Of a stretch of DNA of 64,000 nt, positions 55,884-64,000 are shown piece by piece; the stretch's first letter is position 1, and each line of letters starts with the position of its first letter. The notes under the pieces are model-generated. The model was not told the DNA's origin, did not search any database, and saw only the letters and a list, made by a program, of their open reading frames with translations. The DNA lies in assembly GCA_964581625.1 (NCBI GenBank), contig CAZOPE010000013.1:1833-65832 (forward strand), given 5' to 3'. Source of the stretch: an uncultured Cellvibrionaceae bacterium. GTDB taxonomy: Bacteria > Pseudomonadota > Gammaproteobacteria > Pseudomonadales > Cellvibrionaceae. The position numbers were made by a program, and so were the translations under genes.

Positions 55884-57113
55884 CTATTTATCTTTCGATA
55901 AAGGTATATCCATTCCTGGTGTTACCTTCTTCGTTGGCCCTTCCGCACTTGGGTTCACATCGAAATCGAAAATATCCGTTGGCAGCCATAAGGTTGCGCA
56001 GGCATTGGGAATATCAACAACACCACTGATATGACCTTGCACCGGAGCACAACCCAAAATGGCGTAAGCTTGCGCTTTGCTGTAACCAAACTTGGTTAGA
56101 TAATTAATCGCATTCAAACAAGCCTGACGATAAGCAACGTGAACATCGAGGTAATGTTGCTCGCCATATTCATCTACCGATATACCTTCAAAGATTAAAT
56201 AATCGTCGTATTTTGGGGCAATTGGGCTTGGTTTGAAAATGGGGTTTTTGATGGCGTATTTCGCCATACCGTCTTTGATTAAATTCACACGCAGATGAAT
56301 CCAGCCAGCCATTTCAATCGCGCCGCAAAATGTAATCTCACCGTCACCTTGGCTAAAGTGCAAATCACCTACGGATAAACCGCCGCCCTTTACATAGACA
56401 GGGAAATAAATTTTGGAACCGCGCGACAGATCTTTAATATCGCAGTTACCGCCGTGCTCACGCGGTGGTACAGTGCGCGCACCTTCAGCGGCTGCTACTT
56501 TCGCCTCATCAGGCTTCATGCGACCCATATGTGCGGTATCCGCATAGGGAAGTGTTGCAAGTGCAGGAACGCGGTCTGGTTCTGTTTCGTACAATTCTTT
56601 TTCGCGTTTGTTCCACTCCAGTAACATTTCTTTGGATGGCAAGCAACCAATCAATCCGGGGTGTACCAAGCCTGCGAATTCCACATTAGGCACGTGACGG
56701 GATTTGGTGAACATGCCGTTAATATCCCAAATGGATTTTTGCGCTTCCGGAAAGTGCTCTGTTAGAAAGCCACCACCATTTTGTTTGGAGAAAAATCCAT
56801 TAAAGCCCCATAAGCTTTCTTGAAAAGCGCCTATGTCTAGAATATCAACAACCAGCAAATCACCCGGCTCAGCACCTTCAACACCTACAGGCCCGGAGAG
56901 AAAATGCACTTGAGATAAATCTACATCGCGTACGTCATCTGCGCTGTCATTGTTAGCAATTTGCCCGCCTGTCCAGTCGTAACATTCAATAATAAAATCA
57001 TCGCCCGGCTTTACTGTCTTAACCATTGGTATATCGGGATGCCAGCGGTTATGGATCATGTCGTTTTCGTAAGGCGATTTTTTTAAATCTACTTTAATAA
57101 TCGTTTCTGTCAT
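55884..57113 (-). CDS. fmdA: Formamidase
   Basis: HNRWHPDIP, PREHGGNCD, GDLHFSQGDGEI, GVVDIPNAC. Confidence 0.95.
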   Translation of the reverse strand: MTETIIKVDLKKSPYENDMIHNRWHPDIPMVKTVKPGDDFIIECYDWTGGQIANNDSADDVRDVDLSQVHFLSGPVGVEGAEPGDLLVVDILDIGAFQESLWGFNGFFSKQNGGGFLTEHFPEAQKSIWDINGMFTKSRHVPNVEFAGLVHPGLIGCLPSKEMLLEWNKREKELYETEPDRVPALATLPYADTAHMGRMKPDEAKVAAAEGARTVPPREHGGNCDIKDLSRGSKIYFPVYVKGGGLSVGDLHFSQGDGEITFCGAIEMAGWIHLRVNLIKDGMAKYAIKNPIFKPSPIAPKYDDYLIFEGISVDEYGEQHYLDVHVAYRQACLNAINYLTKFGYSKAQAYAILGCAPVQGHISGVVDIPNACATLWLPTDIFDFDVNPSAEGPTKKVTPGMDIPLSKDK

Positions 57114-57463
57114 AACTGACTCCTGCTATTAGTGGCTAAGTGCTAACAAACGCTTAAGCTTTTTCTAAAAAAACCTAAGCTAGCGGTCAGGATCAGTATC
57201 TATTTAGCACCCACGTCAAACCATACGATAAATAGCCAAGACAACTGCGTTATTTGACGTATAGACGAACCCAAGCTCAAAGGTGCGCAAGCGCACTGAC
57301 AAGACGGACATGGCAATTTATGCTGCCTAGTCGACAAACTTTTCGTAAAAAATTCATTTCAAAACCCAGTTCTCAAATAGTTACATCAACCTATTTTGTT
57401 AAGGTTTTGTTAATACGGAAATTGTTTACACTAACTTGCGAAAACACGTAAGAGGAAAAACGT

Positions 57464-58003
57464 ATGAACAAATTAATAGTTATTGGCATGGTGTTGGGGG
57501 TAGGAGTTGCTACCGCGGGTGGCGCTATTGCTGGATATAAAATTTTTAAGGAGCCAGATTCTGCGGATGTAATCAAAGTCCAACCCATTACTAAACAAGT
57601 TAAGGTTCCCCACAAAGAGTGCGAAGATAAAACTGTTGTGCATCAACGTCCCGTTAAAGACGATAACCGCGTTGCAGGTAAAGCAATAGGCGCTGTGCTG
57701 GGCGGTGTGTTAGGTAACCAAGTGGGCGGAGGCAACGGTAAAAAAGTTGCGACTGTAGCGGGGGCCGTTGCGGGTGGTTATGCGGGCGACCGAGTACAAA
57801 ATGATATGCAAAAGAAAGATACTTACACCACCGTGGAAAATGTATGCACGACCAGATACACAACACGTGAAGATATAGAAGGCTACAATGTTACCTATCG
57901 TTTGAAAGGAAAAGAATCTGTCACCCGAATGTCTTATGACCCAGGTGAAAAAATTCCTGTAAAGAATGGTCAATTGGTTTTAAGCCAAGCAGATATGCAA
58001 TAA
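57464..58003 (+). CDS. Glycine-zipper 2TM protein (YcfJ-like)
   Basis: GAVLGGVLGNQVGGGNGKKVATVAGAVAGGYAG; GYNVTYRL..MSYDPGEKIPV. Confidence 0.85.
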   Translation: MNKLIVIGMVLGVGVATAGGAIAGYKIFKEPDSADVIKVQPITKQVKVPHKECEDKTVVHQRPVKDDNRVAGKAIGAVLGGVLGNQVGGGNGKKVATVAGAVAGGYAGDRVQNDMQKKDTYTTVENVCTTRYTTREDIEGYNVTYRLKGKESVTRMSYDPGEKIPVKNGQLVLSQADMQ

Positions 58004-58013
58004 CAGTTTAATT

Positions 58014-58039
58014 AGCCCTCAATAATGAGGGCTTTTTTT
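58014..58039 (+). terminator. Rho-independent terminator
   Basis: AGCCCTCA-ataa-TGAGGGCT followed by a T-run. Confidence 0.85.
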
Positions 58040-58111
58040 GGGGATAAAAAACCAACCATTAACCGGAGTGTTAAAGGTTGGAAGAGCAATACCTATGTTT
58101 ACACAACAGCA

Positions 58112-58801
58112 CTAAACAGAAAGATATGAGGCAACCTTGGCTTCATCCACCGAAGAGCGCAACTCCTCGTGCACTATTTCTCCTTTTTCGATCACCAAAA
58201 TTCTATCCGCAATATCTAACGCAAAACTCAGCACTTTTTCGGAAACAATAATGGATAGACCGCGCTTGTCGCGAATAGCTTTTAAAGTGCGACCCATTTC
58301 GCGAATGATAGACGGTTGTATACCCTCAGTAGGCTCATCAAGTAACAATAATTTTGGATCACTCGCCAATGCGCGGGCAATAGCCAATTGTTGTTGCTGG
58401 CCGCCCGATAAATTACCTCCTCGTCTACTGCGCATTTCGTGCAATACTGGGAACATATCGTAGAGTTCTTGCGGAACAGATTTTTTGTTAGTTGAGGTTA
58501 AACCCGTCTCTATATTTTCTTTAACCGTCATACTCGAAAAAATCATTCTGCCTTGAGGCACAAATCCAAAACCATTAGCCACACGCTGATAACTCTTTAA
58601 GTTACTGACTTCTTTCTCATTAATTTTAACGCTGCCAGACGCACTGGGTATCACGCCCATTAAGGATTTCATAAGCGTGGTTTTACCCATACCGTTGCGG
58701 CCCATAATGGCGACAATTTCATTGGGTTGTATTTTAAAATTTAAGCTGTGTAAGACTTCACTTTGCCCGTAGCAAACGCGGTAATCGGAAACTGCTAGCA
58801 T
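58112..58801 (-). CDS. urtE: Urea/amide ABC transporter ATPase
   Basis: GRNGMGKTT, LSGGQQQQLAIARAL, DEPTEGIQP. Confidence 0.9.
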   Translation of the reverse strand: MLAVSDYRVCYGQSEVLHSLNFKIQPNEIVAIMGRNGMGKTTLMKSLMGVIPSASGSVKINEKEVSNLKSYQRVANGFGFVPQGRMIFSSMTVKENIETGLTSTNKKSVPQELYDMFPVLHEMRSRRGGNLSGGQQQQLAIARALASDPKLLLLDEPTEGIQPSIIREMGRTLKAIRDKRGLSIIVSEKVLSFALDIADRILVIEKGEIVHEELRSSVDEAKVASYLSV

Positions 58802-58824
58802 GATAATACCCTCTGTATAATTGC

Positions 58825-59571
58825 TTAATGGCCCAGGTAAACTTCTATCACGTGGGGATCAGCTTTCACCTTGTCAATGGAGCCTTCAGCTAAAATTTTC
58901 CCTTGGTGAAGTACCGTTACACGGTCAGCAATTTGCGCAACAAACTGCATATCGTGTTCGATGACAATTACCGATCTATCCTTAGTGATACGCCGCAAAA
59001 GTTCAGCGGTTTGTTGCCGCTCCGCTACGGACATACCTGCCACGGGTTCATCCAACATTAATAGCTCAGGGTCTTGAATAAGTAACATACCGATTTCTAA
59101 CCACTGCTTTTGCCCATGACTTAACAACTCCGCTTGCTTATCCAAAAATTCTGTGAGAAAAATCATATCCGCAATTTCATGCACCTTACCGATAACTTCA
59201 GCATCGCGCTTGAACGCAAGAGCACCAAACACAGATCGCCCACGTGGAAATGAAATTTCGAGGTTTTCAAACACGGTAAGATCACCATAAATAGACGGTG
59301 TTTGAAACTTACGGCCAACGCCCGCTTTTACAATGTCATGCTCTTTCTTTTTGGTGAGTTCCTGATTGCGAAATTTAATCGAGCCTTGAGTGGCTTTTGT
59401 TCTTCCGCATATCAAATCCAATACCGTGGTTTTTCCCGCACCGTTAGGGCCTATGATTACGCGAATTTCATTTTCATCCACGTAAAATGTTAAGTCATTG
59501 ACCGCTTTAAAACCGTCGAAGGAAACAGTAAGGCCTTCCACCGCTAACAAAAAATCTGTGTTGTTACTCAT
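58825..59571 (-). CDS. urtD: Urea/amide ABC transporter ATPase
   Basis: SFDGFKAVN, GPNGAGKTT, LSHGQKQWLEIGM, EVYLG. Confidence 0.92.
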   Translation of the reverse strand: MSNNTDFLLAVEGLTVSFDGFKAVNDLTFYVDENEIRVIIGPNGAGKTTVLDLICGRTKATQGSIKFRNQELTKKKEHDIVKAGVGRKFQTPSIYGDLTVFENLEISFPRGRSVFGALAFKRDAEVIGKVHEIADMIFLTEFLDKQAELLSHGQKQWLEIGMLLIQDPELLMLDEPVAGMSVAERQQTAELLRRITKDRSVIVIEHDMQFVAQIADRVTVLHQGKILAEGSIDKVKADPHVIEVYLGH

Positions 59572-60787
59572 GGATAACTCCTTGGGTCAAAGGTGAGACG
59601 CCAACATTGCTAGCATTTTCGGATTTGCTTACCGGTTTAGCCTCCGTTTTCTTTTGCGGCTCAGTTACAACAGCCTCAGATTTTTTAGGCGCTTTTATAT
59701 CGGCAATCCATTTTGAAATTTTGGGCGCAATATAGGTTGCGTAAAGCCCTGCCAAACCATTTGGGAACGCCATAACCACCGCGATAAATAATCCACCCAA
59801 TGCAAACAACCAAAGCTCAGGGAAACTTTCTGACAAGCTTGATTTCGCCCAGTTAACCAAGACGGCACCGTATACTGCACCGATAATTGACATGCGCCCG
59901 CCTACAGCACAGAAAATTACCATCTCAATTGAGGGCACAATGCCCACCAACGTTGGTGACATAAAACCCACTTGCAACGTAAATAGCGCCCCGCCAATTG
60001 ATGAAAATACAGCACCCAAACAGAACACAAAAATTTTGAAGTTAGAAACGTCGTAACCTGAAAAACGCACGCGGTCTTCTTTGTCACGCATTGCCACCAG
60101 TAAGCGTCCAAATTTACTTTTGCGAACAAACTGCGCTGCAAATAAACACAGAAACAATACGCCTACACACACGAAATAAAGAATATATTTCGCTTGGTCA
60201 GTACGAATATCCCAACCCAACAAAGTGCGTAGATCCGTCATACCATTAACACCACCGGTATAGCCTTGTTGACCAATAATGAGAATAGTGAGAATCGCTG
60301 CAATGGCTTGCGTGATAATGGCGAAGTACACACCACCAACACGACGCTTGAACATTGCCGCACCAATAATGTAGGCAAGCAATGCGGGCAAAATAAGAAT
60401 TGCAGCAATAGTGAATGGAAGGCTATAGAAAGGTTTCCAAAAAAATGGCAGTGCCGTAATTTGGTTCCAATCCATAAAATCGGGAATACCAGGTGTCGAT
60501 TGAATTTTTGTGGTAATGGGATCAGATGCTTCGAGTTTTAAAAACATCGCCATCACATAACCGCCCAACCCAAAAAAAACGCCTTGCCCCAAACTTAAAA
60601 TACCCCCATAGCCCCAACACAAAACCAACCCTATGGCGACAAATGCGTAAGTTAAATACTTACCCATGAGATTCAAACGAAAAATATCCAGCGATAAAGG
60701 CAGCACCAGGATTAATAAAACTGCCAGTACCACATAACCGGAAATTTCTTTTTTGGGAAACAGTGATGCCAAGCCTTGATAAGACAT
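59564..60787 (-). CDS. urtC: Urea/amide ABC transporter permease
   Basis: WGYGGILSLGQGVFFGLGGY, PDFMDWNQ, RVRFSGY. Confidence 0.92.
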   Translation of the reverse strand: MSYQGLASLFPKKEISGYVVLAVLLILVLPLSLDIFRLNLMGKYLTYAFVAIGLVLCWGYGGILSLGQGVFFGLGGYVMAMFLKLEASDPITTKIQSTPGIPDFMDWNQITALPFFWKPFYSLPFTIAAILILPALLAYIIGAAMFKRRVGGVYFAIITQAIAAILTILIIGQQGYTGGVNGMTDLRTLLGWDIRTDQAKYILYFVCVGVLFLCLFAAQFVRKSKFGRLLVAMRDKEDRVRFSGYDVSNFKIFVFCLGAVFSSIGGALFTLQVGFMSPTLVGIVPSIEMVIFCAVGGRMSIIGAVYGAVLVNWAKSSLSESFPELWLFALGGLFIAVVMAFPNGLAGLYATYIAPKISKWIADIKAPKKSEAVVTEPQKKTEAKPVSKSENASNVGVSPLTQGVIHE

Positions 60788-60797
60788 GATGAACTCC

Positions 60798-61724
60798 TCA
60801 ACGGCGAACTTTCAGCGTGAACAAACCTTGTGGGCGCAACATTAAGATGAACACCACAAACAAGAGCGTTAAAACCTTGGCCATGGAACCACTCATAAAA
60901 AATTCCATGGTCGATTGCGCTTGCGAAATACTGAATGCAGATGCAATGGTGCCAAGCAAGCTCGTTGCTCCACCGAATACCACTACAAGAAAAGTATCCA
61001 CAATATAAAGTTGGCCGGATGTTGGGCCAGTAGAACCGATCATGGTGAACGCGCTACCTGCAACACCCGCAATACCGCAACCTAAAGCAAAGGTGACGCG
61101 ATCTACTTTCGCCGTGTTAATCCCTACAGCACCTGCCATTGGGCGATTTTGCACAACAGCGCGAACACGAGTACCCCAGCGCGAGCGATACATTAAAATT
61201 CCCACTGCAGTGGAAATACCTAGCGCGAGACACATAACAAACAATCCGTTAATTGGCAGCTCAATAGTTTCGCTAACTTTTACTGAACCCATTAGCCAAT
61301 CCGGCAAAGTCACACCCACTTCTCGCGCACCAAACACGCTTCGATAAGTTTGTTGCAAAATTAAACTTAAACCCCAAGTTGCTAACAAGGTATCCAAGGG
61401 GCGGTTGTAGAGATGTCGTATCATTGCCCATTCCACCAGCGCCCCTAGTGCGCCCGCAGCAATAAAGGCGAGAATCATCGCGAGAATAAAATAAATACTG
61501 AACAGACTCGGTAGGTAAGTTTCAAACACGTGAGATGTTAAATAAGTAACGTAGGCACCGAGAATCATAAACTCACCGTGCGCCATATTAATCACGCCCA
61601 TTTGACCGAAAATAATTGCAAGGCCAAGCGCCATTAACACAAATACGGAAAACAGAATTAAACCGGCAACGCCTTGCATGGCGAAGATGGAGAGTAAATC
61701 TGAGGTGCTATATTCTGCGAACAT
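60798..61724 (-). CDS. urtB: Urea/amide ABC transporter permease
   Basis: FGQMGVINMAHGEF, RPLDTLLATWG, GQLYIVDTFLVVVFGG. Confidence 0.92.
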   Translation of the reverse strand: MFAEYSTSDLLSIFAMQGVAGLILFSVFVLMALGLAIIFGQMGVINMAHGEFMILGAYVTYLTSHVFETYLPSLFSIYFILAMILAFIAAGALGALVEWAMIRHLYNRPLDTLLATWGLSLILQQTYRSVFGAREVGVTLPDWLMGSVKVSETIELPINGLFVMCLALGISTAVGILMYRSRWGTRVRAVVQNRPMAGAVGINTAKVDRVTFALGCGIAGVAGSAFTMIGSTGPTSGQLYIVDTFLVVVFGGATSLLGTIASAFSISQAQSTMEFFMSGSMAKVLTLLFVVFILMLRPQGLFTLKVRR

Positions 61725-61781
61725 TGCGTAATCCTCTTAGGTGACAAACGTTTTTACGAGACAACTGTCGTTGGTGAAGAA

Positions 61782-61808
61782 GAGAAGAGCCGCGCAGCGG
61801 CCCTTCTC
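61782..61808 (-). other. Intercistronic stem-loop after urtA
   Basis: GAGAAGAGCCGC-gca-GCGGCCCTTCTC; typical of structures that stabilise the binding-protein mRNA segment. Confidence 0.5.
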
Positions 61809-61815
61809 GCTCACT

Positions 61816-63075
61816 TTATTGATAACCCGCAGGGAACGGATTAGGCTCAATCAAGTCTTTGGTTTCGTAGATCACATCGTATTGACCATCAGGACGTGCA
61901 TGACCTATGCGAGTTTTTGACCAGAGGTGATGGTTGGGGTGAACTTTCACATAACCTTCTGGTGCAGTTTTCAATTCAATACCAGGCGAAGCTGCTTTCA
62001 CTTTGTCGATATCAAATGAACCTGCTTTTTCTACCGCTGCTTTCCACAACCATGGACCGAGATAAGCTGCTTGAGTTACGTCGCCGATCACCACGTCTTT
62101 GCCCCAACGCGCTTTAAATGCTTCAACAAATTTCTTGTTGTTGTCGTTGGTTAAACTTTGGAAGTATTTCATTGACGCATAAGCACCTTGCATGTTCTCA
62201 CCGCCAATACCGAGGATTTCGTCTTCAGTTACAGAGATGGTTAATACCAAGGGTTTCTCTTTGGTCATATCAATACCAGCCGCTTTTAATTGTTTGTAGA
62301 AGGCAACGTTTGAACCACCTACTACAATTGCGTAAATTACATCGGGCTTGGTTAATTTGATTTTGTTAATCACAGAGTTAAATTGCGTGTGACCAAGTGG
62401 ATAATATTCTTCACCCACTACTTTTAAGCCCAATTTTTCAATGTGCTTACGTGCAATTTTGTTGGAGGTACGTGGCCAAATATAATCTGAGCCCAGCAAG
62501 TAAAATGATTTGGCTCCCTTAGCTTTTGTTACCCAATCAATACCCGCAATGATTTGTTGGGTCGCTTCCTGACCGGTATAAATAACGTTGGGCGATTGTT
62601 CCAAACCTTCGTAGAACGTTGGGTAGTACAACATACCGTTGTATTGTTCAAAAATGGGCAATACGGCTTTACGCGATGCCGATGTCCAGCAACCAAACAC
62701 GGCCGCCGTTTTATCGTTTACTAATAATTTTTTGGATTTTTCAGCAAAGGTTGGCCAATCACTGGCACCATCTTCTTGAATAAATTCTATTTTGCGTCCA
62801 AGCACGCCACCCATTGCGTTAATTTGCTCAATCGCAAGTTTCTCAGCTTGAACCGAGCCTGTTTCACTGATTGCCATGGTGCCTGTCACCGAGTGCAGAA
62901 TCCCCACCTTCACGGTTTTATCCGTGACTGCAAGGCCAGTGGTGTTCACTGCATCAGCGGCGTGTACACTGCTGAACGCAAATGAGGCAGCCAAGGTGAA
63001 TAAACAAGCTTTCCAGCCAGATGCACCGGCTTTTGTCGCGTGCGATTGCTCGCCCTTAAAAAATAATGTCTTCAT
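61816..63075 (-). CDS. urtA: Urea/amide ABC transporter substrate-binding protein
   Basis: VGILHSVTGTMAISE, EDGASDWPTFAEK, GCWTSASRK, YPTFYEGLE. Confidence 0.94.
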   Translation of the reverse strand: MKTLFFKGEQSHATKAGASGWKACLFTLAASFAFSSVHAADAVNTTGLAVTDKTVKVGILHSVTGTMAISETGSVQAEKLAIEQINAMGGVLGRKIEFIQEDGASDWPTFAEKSKKLLVNDKTAAVFGCWTSASRKAVLPIFEQYNGMLYYPTFYEGLEQSPNVIYTGQEATQQIIAGIDWVTKAKGAKSFYLLGSDYIWPRTSNKIARKHIEKLGLKVVGEEYYPLGHTQFNSVINKIKLTKPDVIYAIVVGGSNVAFYKQLKAAGIDMTKEKPLVLTISVTEDEILGIGGENMQGAYASMKYFQSLTNDNNKKFVEAFKARWGKDVVIGDVTQAAYLGPWLWKAAVEKAGSFDIDKVKAASPGIELKTAPEGYVKVHPNHHLWSKTRIGHARPDGQYDVIYETKDLIEPNPFPAGYQ

Positions 63076-63520
63076 GGTCTATCCTCAAATTAATTTTTCA
63101 GGCTTGTTGAAGTGCTCGAATTACCACTGGGCAAAAAATTCACGAAAATAGGTTTTGCCCACAGCTTGCAATCTACGCACATCGCCCCTCTTAACCCATT
63201 CGATAAATGGCGCAGACCAATACGTCATTTAACGCATAGCATCCGCACCATACCCACCGTATTTTCAATCTTGAATAGAGAAAGAAGAGCCGCGAATGTA
63301 AAAAAGCAGGAGTGCCCAATTAACTGGCACAAGAGTTGAAGGGATTAGTAATGAGTAACCGCTGCTAAACAAGACGCTAAATTCTCTGACAAATACACGG
63401 CTCTCAAGAGCAAAAATCAGAGAATCAACGTTTTAAAAAGTAGCAGCGCACCAAATAACAACAGGCGTTTTCCGTGAAGCACCATAAACAGACCTTGATA
63501 TTTTTTAGCACGAAACCAGC

Positions 63521-64000
63521 ATGACCGCGAAACAGCACATATTCAGAGTTAGGCGTAATTACAACCAATGGGTTGCAAACCAAACATTGGAGGATTACGC
63601 CTTACGCTTTACTGCGAAGAGCGCGCGCCGCTGGAGCTATGCGCGCGTTGCTACAACAGCTTTAGGTGCGATTTCATTTCTTGCATTAGAAGCCATTGGC
63701 GGCGCCATTACGCTGCATTACGGTTTTAACAACGCTATTGCGGCAATTTGTGTAGTAAGCCTAATTATTTTTTTGAGCGCCATTCCCATCAGTTACTACG
63801 CTGCAAAATACGGCGTAGACATTGATTTGCTAACACGCGGAGCAGGCTTCGGTTACATCGGCTCCACAATTACATCGCTTATTTATGCTTCCTTCACCTT
63901 TATTTTCTTTGCGCTTGAAGCAGCCATTATGGCCATGGCCTTGGAATTACTTTTTCATATTCCGTTAGCGCTAGGTTATCTATTGAGTTCCGTAGCGATT
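63521..64000 (+). CDS. N-terminus of a permease-like membrane sensor (hybrid kinase family found beside urt/fmd genes); truncated by window edge
   Basis: Not in the ORF track; ATG 63521 gives MTAKQHIFRVRRNYNQWVANQTLEDYALRFTAKSARRW...GAISFLALEAIGG...GVDIDLLTRGAGFGYIGST, open to 64000. Confidence 0.8.
   Translation, partial: MTAKQHIFRVRRNYNQWVANQTLEDYALRFTAKSARRWSYARVATTALGAISFLALEAIGGAITLHYGFNNAIAAICVVSLIIFLSAIPISYYAAKYGVDIDLLTRGAGFGYIGSTITSLIYASFTFIFFALEAAIMAMALELLFHIPLALGYLLSSVAI

Noticed and set aside
63325-63341. TGGCAC-N5-TTGA as a sigma54 promoter
   Set aside because: The conserved -12 GC is absent; too weak to call.
1-64000. CRISPR arrays, rRNA, IS transposases, prophage genes
   Set aside because: No regularly spaced direct repeats, rRNA-like sequence, or transposase/phage motifs were found by eye.

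Overview
64-kb chromosomal window from a Gammaproteobacterium; gene content and protein style suggest a Cellvibrio-like organism (inference). Left to right: (1) 1-10.9 kb, a minus-strand contact-dependent-inhibition (CDI)-like operon. The usual single CdiA appears split into an Ig/FN3-repeat + internal TPS/FHA protein (broken by a 1-nt slip in a homopolymer) and a separately signal-peptided FHA-2/DUF637/tRNase toxin, followed by a coupled immunity-like ORF. No CdiB is in the window. (2) AcrAB-type RND pump with divergent AcrR. (3) Three glycosyltransferases, an LpxR-like gene and a NemR-like TetR. (4) rlmB, rnr, tRNA-Leu(CAG), fumC. (5) An OmpA/BON/DUF4398/ElaB/CorA/glycine-zipper envelope-stress cluster sharing a candidate GTGCG-N4-CGCAC motif. 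(6) MFS transporter and LpxL-like acyltransferase. (7) A convergent six-gene module: ThDP enzyme, REC-REC-PAS-GGDEF-EAL, two citrate-synthase-fold proteins lacking the canonical catalytic residues, a TonB-dependent receptor and a YfiR-fused hybrid kinase. It looks like an uncharacterised small-molecule synthesis/sensing circuit. (8) CDF transporter, LTA-synthase-like sulfatase, LPS-kinase/glycoside-hydrolase-like fusion, lipocalin. (9) fmdAB separated by a structured non-coding element, urtABCDE, and a truncated permease-like sensor kinase. No CRISPR array, rRNA, integrase or transposase was seen. All family calls come from motif recognition, not database searches.
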